Positions 18,493 through 28,706 are shown, counted from the stretch's first letter. The stretch: 64,000 nt of DNA from a candidate division FCPU426 bacterium (GCA_963830915.1 CAWHOE010000064.1:160001-224000), one strand, 5' to 3'. Numbers and translations are program-made. The notes: generated from the letters alone by a model not told the origin.

Positions 18493-19653
18493 TCAGTACT
18501 TCGGGACCTTGGGGTCGACCTGGTCGCTCCAACCCAGGATGCCGCCCGCCAGGTTCACCAGCCCCTCGTATCCCTGTTGTTTCAGGAAGGCGATGGCTTT
18601 CTTGCTGCGCGCCCCGCTCTTGCAGTGGACGATGACCTCCTTGCCCTTGAACTGGTCGAATTCGGTGTATCGGTTCTGGATCTGGGAAAGAGGGATCAGT
18701 TTGGAACCCTCGATATGTGCGATGTCGTACTCATTGGGCTCCCTTACGTCCACCAGCACGAAATCCCTTTTCTCGTCCCTCATGACCTTGAGTTCCAGGG
18801 GCGTGATCTCGTCCTTCCCGCTGGTGGCGACCTCCTTGGTCTGGGTGTCCTCGACCTTCATGCCGCAGAACATCTCATAGTCGATCAGGGCCTTGATCGT
18901 GGGGTTCTTCCCGCAGACCGGGCATTCCGGGTCCTTGTGGAGCTTCAGGGTGCGGAAGTTCATGTCCAGGGAGTTATAGATGACGAACTTGCCGATGGCC
19001 GGCTTGCCCGCTCCCGTGATGAGCTTGATGGCCTCGGTGGCCTGGATGGCGCCCACCGTCCCCACCATGGCGCCCATGACGCCTCCCTCCGCGCAGGACG
19101 GGACCTCGCCCGGGGGCGGGGGTTCGGGATAGAGGCAGCGGTAGCAGGGGCCCTCGGGCGTCTTGAAAACCGTGACCTGGCCCTCGAACCGGAAGATGGA
19201 ACCGTACACGTTGGGTTTGCCCTGCAGGACGGCCGCGTCATTGGTGAGGTAGCGGGTGGGGAAATTGTCCGTCCCGTCGATGATCATGTCGTAGTTATCC
19301 AGGATGCCCATGATGTTGTCGCTCTTGAGGGCCACCGGGTAGGTGTTCACGGTGACATCGGGGTTCAGGGCCTTGAGCCGGAGGGCCGCCACCTCGACCT
19401 TGGACTTGCCCACGTCCGCGGTGGTGAAAAGCACCTGGCGCTGGAGATTGCTGGCGTCCACCGTGTCGAAATCCACCAGGCCGATGGTCCCCACCCCGGC
19501 GGCGGCGAGGTAAAGGGAGATGGGACAGCCCAATCCGCCCGCCCCGACCACCAGCACCCTGGCGTTCAGGAGTTTTTTCTGGCCTTCCACGCCCACTTCG
19601 GGCAGGAGGATATGGCGGGTATAGCGCTTGATCTGGTCTTGGTTCAAATTCAT
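18493..19653 (-). CDS. moeB: MoeB/ThiF adenylyltransferase with C-terminal rhodanese (MoeZ-type)
   Basis: RYTRH, GAGGLG, SNLQRQ, PCYRC, CPVC, rhodanese HCKSGARS. Confidence 0.92.
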   Translation of the reverse strand: MNLNQDQIKRYTRHILLPEVGVEGQKKLLNARVLVVGAGGLGCPISLYLAAAGVGTIGLVDFDTVDASNLQRQVLFTTADVGKSKVEVAALRLKALNPDVTVNTYPVALKSDNIMGILDNYDMIIDGTDNFPTRYLTNDAAVLQGKPNVYGSIFRFEGQVTVFKTPEGPCYRCLYPEPPPPGEVPSCAEGGVMGAMVGTVGAIQATEAIKLITGAGKPAIGKFVIYNSLDMNFRTLKLHKDPECPVCGKNPTIKALIDYEMFCGMKVEDTQTKEVATSGKDEITPLELKVMRDEKRDFVLVDVREPNEYDIAHIEGSKLIPLSQIQNRYTEFDQFKGKEVIVHCKSGARSKKAIAFLKQQGYEGLVNLAGGILGWSDQVDPKVPKY

Positions 19654-19860
19654 CGTGGTGCTCCCCTTTGGCCCGAAGGCTCTTTTGGCGGCGATAGGAA
19701 AGGTATGATAAGAGGTGAAGAACGGCTAAATCAACCCTTTCGCCCTTCCCCGCCCGGGGCGGGCCGTCGTTTTTCCCCTCCCACTTGATTTCAAGAACGG
19801 GAGTCTGTACTTTACGGATAAATGAAAACAATTATCAAAGACTGCCATGGGAAGGAACGG

Positions 19861-20496
19861 ATGAACCCCTCCGACCCCTCCTCCTTGAAAACCCGCGAAC
19901 TGATCTGCGAGCTTTGCCGTCATTTCTACGACCTGGGCTGGGCCTCCGGCACCGGCGGCGGCATCTCGATCAAAGAGGGCTCCCGCATCTACATGGCGCC
20001 CAGTTCGGTCCCCAAAGAGCGTTTGTGTCCCGTGGACATGTTCACCTTGGACGAGGACGGCCGGGTTTTGAGCGAACCGGGCGGGGGTTTGAAATTGTCC
20101 CAGTGCGCCCCCCTCTTCCTGCACGCCTATAAGATCCGCAACGCCGGGGCGGTGCTCCACAGCCATTCCATCAACGCCGTCACCGCGACCCTGCTGTTCG
20201 ACAAGGCCTTCCGGATCAAGAACATGGAGATGCAAAAGGGACTGACCGGTTACGGCGCTTTCGACACCGTCGAGGTGCCGATCATCGAGAACACCGCCCT
20301 GGAATGCGACCTGGCCGACTCCTTGGGCGAGGCCATCCGGAACCATCCCAAGTCCCACGCGGTGCTGGTCCGCCGGCACGGGGTTTACGTCTGGGGCAAG
20401 GACTGGCAGGAAGCCAAGACCCACGCCGAATGCTATGACTATCTGTTCGAGGTTTCGGCGCGGATGAAACAGCTGGGCATCGATACGGGATTTTGA
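19861..20496 (+). CDS. mtnB: Methylthioribulose-1-phosphate dehydratase
   Basis: GWASGTGGGIS, AVLHSHS, LVRRHGVYVWG; adjacent to mtnD. Confidence 0.92.
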   Translation: MNPSDPSSLKTRELICELCRHFYDLGWASGTGGGISIKEGSRIYMAPSSVPKERLCPVDMFTLDEDGRVLSEPGGGLKLSQCAPLFLHAYKIRNAGAVLHSHSINAVTATLLFDKAFRIKNMEMQKGLTGYGAFDTVEVPIIENTALECDLADSLGEAIRNHPKSHAVLVRRHGVYVWGKDWQEAKTHAECYDYLFEVSARMKQLGIDTGF

Positions 20497-20524
20497 ACAT
20501 TAGGTAACATCAGGGGAGGTCGAT

Positions 20525-20986
20525 ATGAAGGCCATTTGGACGGATACGGGAGAGGGCATTTCGGCGGGAGAGCTCAATGCCCAAGGCGTCACTTACGAGC
20601 GGTTCGAGACCGACGAGGCCGTCTATAAAGCGCCCCTGGAAAAGGTCATGAGGGAACGGGGATATGTCACCATGGACCAGGTGAAGATGTGGCCCGAGAT
20701 GCCCAATTTCGACGTCCTCTGCCAGAAGTTCGTGGGGGAACATCTCCACACGGACGACGAGGTGCGATTCGTCCTGGCCGGCTCGGGGGTTTTCGAGATC
20801 CGAAGCAAGGATGACCGCTGGATGAAGGTCACGGTGGAACCGAGCGATTTCATCCTGGTGCCGGCCAACCGCTTTCACCGCTTCTACCTGACCGACGAGA
20901 AGACCATCCACTGCGTCCGCCTGTTCAAGGACGCCTCGGGCTGGACCCCTCTCTACCGGAAGGACCTGGAAACAGCGGCCAAGTAA
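20525..20986 (+). CDS. mtnD: Acireductone dioxygenase (cupin)
   Basis: EHLHTDDEVRF...GSG...HRF metal-binding motif. Confidence 0.9.
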   Translation: MKAIWTDTGEGISAGELNAQGVTYERFETDEAVYKAPLEKVMRERGYVTMDQVKMWPEMPNFDVLCQKFVGEHLHTDDEVRFVLAGSGVFEIRSKDDRWMKVTVEPSDFILVPANRFHRFYLTDEKTIHCVRLFKDASGWTPLYRKDLETAAK

Positions 20987-21008
20987 AACGAAGCCTTAAA
21001 GAGGTGTT

Positions 21009-21040
21009 AAGGGGCGGTGGGCGACCATCGCCCTTTTTTT
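21009..21040 (+). terminator. Rho-independent terminator after mtnD
   Basis: GGGCGGTGG-GCGA-CCATCGCCC followed by T7. Confidence 0.85.
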
Positions 21041-21143
21041 ATGCTTCCCGGCCTTTCACGGATAAGGCGGTTTAGGGTCCTTGGGTTTATAATCTCATGG
21101 ACCGGAAAACCCGGGTCCATACCCCGGATCATCGAAGGACGCC

Positions 21144-21680
21144 ATGGCCGAGTTCCACATCAAGCCTGATTCTAAAAAGATACCTTCCGCCCCCCATTTG
21201 ATGGAGGAACTGCACCGGGTCGGCGTCCCGGTCGAGATCAACGTGAAGGGCAAAGCCGATCAATGGGACGCGGTGCGTTTTTACGAGCCGGGCCCGCCCG
21301 AGATCGAATGCTTCGCTTCCTTCGACCCTGAGGACGGGACCTTCACCGTTTCCCTTCCGCACGACGCCCCCCTGGCCGCCAGGGAACTCCAGCTCTTCAT
21401 CACCAACGAGATCCTCAAGGAGGTCGGCGGCCAGGTGGATAACACCACGACCCGGGAACATTTCTCCGCCGCCCAATTCGCCGCCATGGTCCGCGACCAT
21501 CACCTGTCCAAGAACGATCCCTGGGACCGTTTTTGGCTGGTCTTTTCTTGGGCCGTCGTCCTGTTCGGTTTGTTCCTTTATTTTTCCCTCTCCTCCTCCC
21601 TGCGGACGATGGACCTGACCATCGTCGGGCTTGCCCTGATCAGCGCCATCGGCCTGACCTTCGCCAAACTTAGATCCTGA
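21144..21680 (+). CDS. Hypothetical protein with two C-terminal TM helices
   Basis: 178-aa ORF; stop overlaps the queG start. Confidence 0.7.
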   Translation: MAEFHIKPDSKKIPSAPHLMEELHRVGVPVEINVKGKADQWDAVRFYEPGPPEIECFASFDPEDGTFTVSLPHDAPLAARELQLFITNEILKEVGGQVDNTTTREHFSAAQFAAMVRDHHLSKNDPWDRFWLVFSWAVVLFGLFLYFSLSSSLRTMDLTIVGLALISAIGLTFAKLRS

Positions 21681-22588
21681 TGGACCCGGCCGGTCTGACC
21701 CATTTCCTCAAGGAAAAAGCCAAGGCCTTGGGTTTTGAGCTCTTTGGAGCGACCCCCGCCCGTCCGCCCGCCGATTACGACCTCTTCCTGGATTGGCTGA
21801 AAAAAGGTTACGCCGGGGAAATGGGATATCTGGAACGCCGCAAGGCGGAAAGGGGCGACCCCTCCCTGCTCCTGCCGGGGGCCCGTTCGGTCGTGAGTTT
21901 AGGGATGAGTTATAACCCTTCTCCTGAGCATTATCCCCTTTTGGAAAAACACCCCGTCTCCTGCTACGCCTGGGGACAGGATTATCACGAGGTCTTGGGT
22001 GAAAAACTCCGTTCCCTTTGCCAGGCTCTTCTCGGGGCGAACCCGGGGGCTGCCGCCAAGTGGTACGTGGACACGGGGCCGATATTGGAGCGGAGCTTCG
22101 CGGCCCAGGCCGGGCTGGGTTGGATCGGCAAGAACACCCTGTTGCTGAACAAGGAATACGGGTCTTTTTTGTTCCTGGGCGAGATCCTCACGGACCTGGA
22201 GCTTGATTATGACCAGCCGACGGACAATTCATGCGGGACCTGCTCCTGCTGTGTGGACGCCTGCCCGGTCGGCGCCCTGGAAGAACCCGGCGTCCTGAAC
22301 GCCAACAAGTGCATCAGCTACCTGACCCTGGAACGCCGTTCGGATTTCACCGGTCCCACCGACCTTCACGGCTACCTGGCGGGTTGCGACCTGTGCCAGA
22401 CCGCCTGTCCCTATAACACCAACGCTCCCGCCGGCCAGGAGAAAGCCTTCACGCCGAGGGCCGAGATCCTGGCGTTGAGCGGGGAAAAGGCCGTCTCAAT
22501 GACGGAGGATGATTTTAAGGGATTCACGCGCAATAGCGCCTTGGAGAGGATCAAATACCCGATGTGGAGAAGGAACAACAAAGGCTGA
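21680..22588 (+). CDS. queG: Epoxyqueuosine reductase
   Basis: YAWGQDYH, VDTGPILER, GLGWIGKN, CGTCSCCVDACP, GCDLCQTACP. Confidence 0.93.
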   Translation: MDPAGLTHFLKEKAKALGFELFGATPARPPADYDLFLDWLKKGYAGEMGYLERRKAERGDPSLLLPGARSVVSLGMSYNPSPEHYPLLEKHPVSCYAWGQDYHEVLGEKLRSLCQALLGANPGAAAKWYVDTGPILERSFAAQAGLGWIGKNTLLLNKEYGSFLFLGEILTDLELDYDQPTDNSCGTCSCCVDACPVGALEEPGVLNANKCISYLTLERRSDFTGPTDLHGYLAGCDLCQTACPYNTNAPAGQEKAFTPRAEILALSGEKAVSMTEDDFKGFTRNSALERIKYPMWRRNNKG

Positions 22589-22684
22589 CCGTTCCAAGGG
22601 GGAACCGGTTTGGGTGTTGATGTTTATTGGGCGAGTAACCCCACAGGGACTTCGGGGCTGGAAACAGCGAGATCTAAAAACTTC

Positions 22685-23464
22685 TCATTCAGGTAACGGG
22701 ATGACGGGAACCTCCCCGCCATACCCTTTGCCCGTCTGGGAGGCGCCGGACGCCTTGACCTTACCGAAGAAAAGGGCGAAACGTTCCTTGAGTTCGCTCA
22801 GGTTCAATCCCAAATAGGTCCCGGGCAATTGGTCCCATTTTTCCTTGGCCTTTTCATAGAGCCCAAAGGCTCCCGGTCCATTCCCGTTCTGGAGATGATG
22901 GACCGCCACGGCGGCCTGGATCAGGGCCTGATAATGGACCTTATCCAGCCCCTCCGCCTTCATCCAGAGATGTTCGATCATCTCATGGCACTCGAAATAA
23001 GCCCCTTGATTGAACAGCCGGATGCCCTCCAGGTACTCGTGACGGAATTTGGAGGTCTTTTCCTTCTCCCAATCCTTCACCGCCAACTCCCCGATCAGGG
23101 TCTGGTCCGCCTCGGGGAAATTGTATTTGGACAGGTCCCCGGGGTTGGCCCAGGCGAAATCGGCCACCTCGATCTTCTGGGGCGTCCCGCTCTTGAGGCC
23201 GCAAAGGAAGATGTTCAGCCTCACTGACCGGGTGGAGTAATGGTAGGTGATGATCTTATAGAACAACTTGACCTCCACCTCGACGGCCAATTCCTCTCTC
23301 AATTCGCGGATGACGCATTCCTCCAGGGATTCGGTGGGTTCTTTCTTCCCTCCCGGAAGTTCCCAAAAACCCCCGAAAGAATCATCGGGCATCCTCTGGG
23401 TGATGAGGTATCGGCCGTTCTCATAAATGAGGGCCGCGCCCACCTCGAGGGGGGATGGGGTCAT
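22685..23464 (-). CDS. MutT/NudG-type Nudix hydrolase fused to DUF309
   Basis: WELPGGK..E...RELREEL Nudix box; C-terminal GIRLFN.G.YFECHE..E.LW (DUF309 pattern). Confidence 0.85.
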   Translation of the reverse strand: MTPSPLEVGAALIYENGRYLITQRMPDDSFGGFWELPGGKKEPTESLEECVIRELREELAVEVEVKLFYKIITYHYSTRSVRLNIFLCGLKSGTPQKIEVADFAWANPGDLSKYNFPEADQTLIGELAVKDWEKEKTSKFRHEYLEGIRLFNQGAYFECHEMIEHLWMKAEGLDKVHYQALIQAAVAVHHLQNGNGPGAFGLYEKAKEKWDQLPGTYLGLNLSELKERFALFFGKVKASGASQTGKGYGGEVPVIPLPE

Positions 23465-23820
23465 TTGTTCCTCTTTCGGATATTCGCCTGCCGGCGGTTC
23501 TTCTTCCTTTGTTTCCTGGCAAAGGACATCTTGGCTTTTTCGGAGGGTTGGTCCAGGCTTTCCCCGGCGATCAGGCTGGTCTTTCGTTCCTTGGGAAGGC
23601 TTTTGACCTGGTATTCCCGCCGAAGGGCCGCTGAGTAGTCCGCCTGGGTCTCCTGGTAGACCAATCGGACGGGGGCGTGGGCGGCCGCGTACTTGCTGCC
23701 CTTCCCCTCGTTATGCGTGGCGATCCTTTTTTCCACGTCCTTGGTGATGCCCGTGTAATAGGACCCGTCCGCGCACTCCGCGATATAAAGATTCCATTGT
23801 TCCTTCGGGTCTTGTCTCAC
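23461..23820 (-). CDS. Small GIY-YIG nuclease (YazA/UPF0213-like)
   Basis: YIAECADGSYYTGIT..RIATHN.GKGSKY, ALRREYQVK. Confidence 0.88.
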   Translation of the reverse strand: MRQDPKEQWNLYIAECADGSYYTGITKDVEKRIATHNEGKGSKYAAAHAPVRLVYQETQADYSAALRREYQVKSLPKERKTSLIAGESLDQPSEKAKMSFARKQRKKNRRQANIRKRNK

Positions 23821-23836
23821 GGAATCCTCGTGTCTT

Positions 23837-24664
23837 TTAATTCACGAACAGGATCTCCCCCACGGGGGGGATCAGCTTATGGATCTCGCCCTGGCGGAGG
23901 AACTCCCGAACGGCTTTCCGTCCTTCCTCTCCCATGTCGACCGTGCGCTCGTTCACCCACATGCCGACGAAGCGGTCCGCCACGTCCCTGGAAAGGCCTC
24001 GGCCGAAAGCCAGGGCGTAATCCAAGGCCGCGTCCCGGTGGGCCAGGGAATATTGGATGGATTGTTTCAAGTGCTTGGACACCTTCTCTTTCACATCCTT
24101 CGGCAGGTCCTTGCGGATGGCGTTCAACCCCATCGGCAGCACCAGCCCCGTCTTTTGGAACCACCACTCCCCCAGTTCCAGGACGTTGAAAAGGCCTTTT
24201 TCCTGATAGGTCAATTGACCCTCGTGGATGATCAATCCCGCTTCCACCTTGCCCTGGATCACCTCATCCATGATCCGGTCGAAATCCATGACCACTTCCT
24301 TGAATTCAGGCAGGCACAAACGCAGGGCCAGGTAGGCGCTGGTAAGCTTGCCCGGGACCGCGATGGTCTTGCCCTTGAGTTCCTCGATGGTCATGGCCTT
24401 CTTGGCGATGACCATGGGGCCATAATTCTTGCCGATGCTTCCCCCGTGGGTCAGGACGTCGTACTTGTCCTTCACGTAAGCGTAGGCGTGGGCCGAGATG
24501 GCGGTCACTTCCATGCGCCCTTCCCTGGCCCAGTCGTTCAGGGTCTGGATATCCTTCAAGACATGCTCGTACTCAACGCCTTCGGTGTCCAGTTTCCCCT
24601 TGGCTAGTCCGTAGAACATGAAGGCGTCGTCCGCGTCCGGGCTGTGGGCTAATTTGATCTTCAT
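23837..24664 (-). CDS. mqnD: 1,4-dihydroxy-6-naphthoate synthase (futalosine pathway)
   Basis: AHSPDADDAFMFY, GLIIHEGQLTY, LPMG motifs. Confidence 0.88.
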   Translation of the reverse strand: MKIKLAHSPDADDAFMFYGLAKGKLDTEGVEYEHVLKDIQTLNDWAREGRMEVTAISAHAYAYVKDKYDVLTHGGSIGKNYGPMVIAKKAMTIEELKGKTIAVPGKLTSAYLALRLCLPEFKEVVMDFDRIMDEVIQGKVEAGLIIHEGQLTYQEKGLFNVLELGEWWFQKTGLVLPMGLNAIRKDLPKDVKEKVSKHLKQSIQYSLAHRDAALDYALAFGRGLSRDVADRFVGMWVNERTVDMGEEGRKAVREFLRQGEIHKLIPPVGEILFVN

Positions 24665-24688
24665 AAGGTCCCCTTTGATCGATCGAGA

Positions 24689-25414
24689 TTAAATTTCTTC
24701 CAGGATGGCTTGGATCACCTTTTCGGTATCCGTCAGGTCCTGGAACAGAAAATCCGGTTTTTCCGCCGCCAGTTCATCCATCTTATAATTGCTCGAGGCC
24801 ACGGCGATGGTCCTCACATCCAATGGCTTGCCGCACTGAACGTCATTGGGGGTGTCCCCGATGATGACGATCTCTTTTTTCGTGAAATCATGGCCGGACA
24901 CCCGTTTGGCCTCGGCGATCGCCCGGGGCGGCAGATCGATCCTTTTCATCGCCCCGTCCCCAAAGGCCCCGAAAGGAAAATAACGGTTCAGTTTATGGGT
25001 TTCCAGTTTCCAACGGGCGCCTTCCTCGAAATTGCCCGTCAGAAGCCCCAGAAGAAGGTCTTTTCTGCCTTCCAACGCGGGCAGCAGCTCCTTCACCCCG
25101 GGTTTGAGCTGCACATGCTGGGGACCTTTCACTTTGTCCCGCAGGCTTCGCAGATACCTCTTTTGGATCAGGGGAAGGGCTTGAGTGAATACATCCTCCG
25201 TGACCGCGCCCCCCAGGAGTTCCCAAATGATCTGGGGATCGGTCTTCCCTCCCGCGCGGAAATGGGAAGCGTCCACCGTGACCGGTATGTTCAGTTCCCG
25301 GAAGGTCACCTCGATCGCGCTCTTGAACGGCTCTTCCCAGCCTTTGCGGTAAGTGCTCAAAAGCGTTCCATCGATGTCAAAAAGCACCAGCCGGGCCGGC
25401 TTATCCTGGGTCAT
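24689..25414 (-). CDS. HAD-superfamily hydrolase
   Basis: FDIDGTL, GLLTGN, IGDTPND; ATG 25414 overlaps the thyX stop. Confidence 0.85.
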   Translation of the reverse strand: MTQDKPARLVLFDIDGTLLSTYRKGWEEPFKSAIEVTFRELNIPVTVDASHFRAGGKTDPQIIWELLGGAVTEDVFTQALPLIQKRYLRSLRDKVKGPQHVQLKPGVKELLPALEGRKDLLLGLLTGNFEEGARWKLETHKLNRYFPFGAFGDGAMKRIDLPPRAIAEAKRVSGHDFTKKEIVIIGDTPNDVQCGKPLDVRTIAVASSNYKMDELAAEKPDFLFQDLTDTEKVIQAILEEI

Positions 25415-27018
25415 ATGATCCTCTGGTATTCGTTCAAATCCTTCTTCCAAACCACGACCCCGCAAAAACGCTCGCCCTCCGGGCAGACCGGCTTGGTGCC
25501 GGCCCGGGAGCGCAGACCGCAGGGAGGCAGGAGCCATTTTCCGATCCTGGGATGGATCTCCCGCACTTGCTGGGCCTCGTCCACCGAAGCCTTCCATATC
25601 TCTTCCTGGGCGTTATAGCAAAGGCGCATGGCGTGCTTGTGGTGCAGGTTCAGCAAGTCGGAGGATTCGGTGAATCTTATCGCCACCGCGTTCGGGAGAA
25701 GGTAAGCGGCGAATTCCTCGGAGACTCCCGTTTTCCGCAATTTGACGATGTTTTCCCAGGTCCTTTCCATGACCTGGCCGAATTCCTTTTTGAGGGCCGG
25801 GTCCTGCTCCAGCAGGACCGGGACCAGGTAATCCGGCTCATCCAGGGTAAGCGCGCGCAGGATCGGCCGGGAGGCCGGGGTCATGCGGTGCCGTTGGTCC
25901 TGGGAATCCCCCGTGTGGGATAGCTTCTTGCGGAAGGAATAATGAGGATGAAAAAGCGCCCGGGTCAGCTTGCTATGGGTGGAGACATTGAGGGTCTCCC
26001 CCAGGGTCTGGTTCTTGGAGGGGTCCAGGGCCAGGGCGATGGCGTCCTCGTCGGATAAAGCGGAGGCTGGCAGCCCGAATACTTCCCGGACGGCGGAAGC
26101 CAGGGTCTTCTCCCCTTCCTTGGAATAGTCCACCAGCTTGGACATCCGGCCTTCCAAAGATGCGTCGAATTCCTCCCGGAATTTTTTTTGGGTCCGGACA
26201 GCCTCGTGGAATTGTCGGAGCGTCATGGCCTCGGGGGTCGTTTCCAGTTCCAGGGGTTCTTCCAGGATGGCTTTATACTCGGGCGCTTGTTCCAGGACCG
26301 CTTCCACCATTTTGCCCACCACGATCCTTTGTTCCAGGGGCGTGTCGAAGGTCTGGCAGAGCCTCCAGTAGCGAAGCAAAGTGAGCCCCGAGACCGTATG
26401 GTAGAGATAAGCGAAGGTGGCGACCGGAAGGACGTAACGGGCCACTTCCTGGGATTTTTTCTGGACCGCCGTGGATCCCTTTTTACCCTTGAGGTCCGCG
26501 TGTTTGAAGCGGGCCTGGTATTCCCGGCCCACCAGGGGTTTAAGTTTCTCCGTCAGATCCAGGTAAGCCTGGGTTTGAAAAGCGACCGTCTCCTCATAGA
26601 TCCGGGAGGCTTCCAGGGAAAGGGGCGGCTGGGCCACTTGCTTGGGGTCCACCGTCACGTAGCGCTGGGATACCTGCTCCGAATTGTAGAAAGGATGGCT
26701 GTGCAGGAAGCTCCAGATGAATTGCCGGGAAACGTTCTCGATAGCGAATTGGAAATGGGCGTGCTGCAGGGTGGTATGGTGCCCGGCTTTGTAGATGGAA
26801 CGGGCCAACTCATCCCGCTTTTGCCGTTTGTCTTCCCGCAGGACCTCGTCCAGCCCCTCTCCCGACACTTGCTCGGCGGTGATGATCCCCTTGCTGGAAT
26901 AACAGGTCCGGGCCGTGGCGACGGCGTTGTCAAAAGGCTTGGCGAAACTGTTGACGAGGGTGACTTTCGGTTCAGGGGACAGGAAAGCCTGATTGAGGAA
27001 GTCTGTCGATTCGCGCAT
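25411..27018 (-). CDS. thyX: FAD-dependent thymidylate synthase, tandem two-domain form
   Basis: ARTCYS, GHHTTLQH, SEQVSQRY, ARYVLP in the first half; QRHR, AAYLLP, RLCYNAQEEI in the second half. Confidence 0.8.
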   Translation of the reverse strand: MRESTDFLNQAFLSPEPKVTLVNSFAKPFDNAVATARTCYSSKGIITAEQVSGEGLDEVLREDKRQKRDELARSIYKAGHHTTLQHAHFQFAIENVSRQFIWSFLHSHPFYNSEQVSQRYVTVDPKQVAQPPLSLEASRIYEETVAFQTQAYLDLTEKLKPLVGREYQARFKHADLKGKKGSTAVQKKSQEVARYVLPVATFAYLYHTVSGLTLLRYWRLCQTFDTPLEQRIVVGKMVEAVLEQAPEYKAILEEPLELETTPEAMTLRQFHEAVRTQKKFREEFDASLEGRMSKLVDYSKEGEKTLASAVREVFGLPASALSDEDAIALALDPSKNQTLGETLNVSTHSKLTRALFHPHYSFRKKLSHTGDSQDQRHRMTPASRPILRALTLDEPDYLVPVLLEQDPALKKEFGQVMERTWENIVKLRKTGVSEEFAAYLLPNAVAIRFTESSDLLNLHHKHAMRLCYNAQEEIWKASVDEAQQVREIHPRIGKWLLPPCGLRSRAGTKPVCPEGERFCGVVVWKKDLNEYQRII

Positions 27019-27247
27019 GGGGTCTCTTTATCGATATTTCAGTCGTCGCAAGGAATGGGAACGGCTCATTTTAACCGAAATCACTTTTTATTCGGGAGCT
27101 TTTACTGTTTTTCTTTCCCGCCCCTTGCTAAGGAACGGGGACTCTTTTTAATATCATTACCAGGACAGGTCGTGTTTTCCAATCCTGTCCCCCGGAACTA
27201 TTTAAGCCAGATATTCAAAAGCGGCGCGACCGCTGAAAAGGAATCCT

Positions 27248-28684
27248 ATGTCCGCCAAACCCTCCACGCTGGGAGCCCTGAAAGCCTCCTCATATCCCGA
27301 TCTTTCCGTCAAGGAAGAGCTGGAGCGTAATCTGATCCGGACGCTCAAGACGGGCAAGCCCCTTTTTCCCCTGATCCACGGCTTCGACGAGACGGTCATT
27401 CCCCAGATGGTCAACGCCCTTTTGTCCCACCACGATATCGTGTTTTTGGGGGAAAAAGGCCAGGCCAAGAGCCGCCTGATGAGGTCCCTGATCCAGTTCC
27501 TGGACGAGGAGATCCCCATCGTGAAGGGCTGCGAGATACACGACCATCCCTATCATCCCATCTGCGCTTCCTGCCGTAAAAAGCTGAGGGAAAAAGGGGA
27601 CCAACTGGAGATCGAGTGGATCGGCCGGGAGGAACGCTACGCCGAGCGCCTTTCCCCCGGCACCAAGATCGCCGACCTGATCGGCGACCTGGACCCGGCC
27701 AAGGTGGCGGCCGGAAACCCCCTGGCCAGCGAGGAAGCCATCCATTTCGGCCTTATCCCCCGCATGAACCGGGGCCTGTTCGCCATCAACGAATTGCCGG
27801 ACCTGGAATACCTGGTCCAGGTGGCGCTTTTCAATATCCTGGAGGAAAGGGATATCCAGGTCAGGGGCTATCCCATCCGTTTCGACCTGGACATCATCCT
27901 TCTCTTCACCGCCAATCCGGAGGAATACACCCGGGCCGGCAAGATCATCACCCAGTTGAAGGACCGGATCGGGGCCGAGATCCGCACCCATTACCCCCTG
28001 ACCCGCGACCTGGGGATCAAGATCATCCACCAGGAAGCCCGCGTTCCCGGTAACGACGAGGTCAAGCTCGTCGTCCCCGATTTCATGACCGAGATCATCG
28101 AGCAGATCACCATCGAGTCCCGCAAGAGCCCCTATGTGAACCAGAAGTCCGGGGTATCCGCCAGGCTTTCCATCGCCAATTACGAGACCATGATCGCCAA
28201 CGCCAGGCGCCGGGCCTTCCTCCTGGGCGAGAAGGAAGCCGTGCCCCGCATGTCCGACCTGAATTACCTTTATACTTCCTCCTCGGGCAAGATCGAGTTG
28301 GACCCCTTCCGCGAGGAGACGGTCAACGAATTCCAGGTCTTCGGCAAGATCATGGACAAGGCCGTTTCCCAGGTCTTCAAGGAACACATGGAAAAGGGCG
28401 GGCTGGAAATGGGTCTGCCAGACCTGTCGGGGGATAAGCATATCCGGATATCCGAATTGACCCCCTCCCCCGAGTACAAGAACATCATCTCCCATCTTCC
28501 CCAGATCTGGGAGCCGGTCCACCACCTCACCGCGAAGAATTCCGAGGTCTATCAGGCCTCCTGCGTGGAATTCGTATTGGAAGGCCTGCACCTTTCGGGA
28601 AAACTCTCCCGGTCGAAAGTGGGGGAGATATTCGATTATCAGCTTCCCGTCATTCAACGGCCCAAAAAGCAGAAAGAAGAATGA
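27248..28684 (+). CDS. Mg-chelatase-like AAA+ ATPase
   Basis: GEKGQAKS Walker A, INELPDL, TANPEEYT, LKDRIG. Confidence 0.85.
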   Translation: MSAKPSTLGALKASSYPDLSVKEELERNLIRTLKTGKPLFPLIHGFDETVIPQMVNALLSHHDIVFLGEKGQAKSRLMRSLIQFLDEEIPIVKGCEIHDHPYHPICASCRKKLREKGDQLEIEWIGREERYAERLSPGTKIADLIGDLDPAKVAAGNPLASEEAIHFGLIPRMNRGLFAINELPDLEYLVQVALFNILEERDIQVRGYPIRFDLDIILLFTANPEEYTRAGKIITQLKDRIGAEIRTHYPLTRDLGIKIIHQEARVPGNDEVKLVVPDFMTEIIEQITIESRKSPYVNQKSGVSARLSIANYETMIANARRRAFLLGEKEAVPRMSDLNYLYTSSSGKIELDPFREETVNEFQVFGKIMDKAVSQVFKEHMEKGGLEMGLPDLSGDKHIRISELTPSPEYKNIISHLPQIWEPVHHLTAKNSEVYQASCVEFVLEGLHLSGKLSRSKVGEIFDYQLPVIQRPKKQKEE

Positions 28685-28706
28685 GGAAAGGGTTGGGTGG
28701 GTCGCT

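Noticed and set aside
23461..23820. GIY-YIG gene as a homing endonuclease or mobile element
   Set aside because: Small stand-alone YazA-like type within an operon; no intron or element ends seen.
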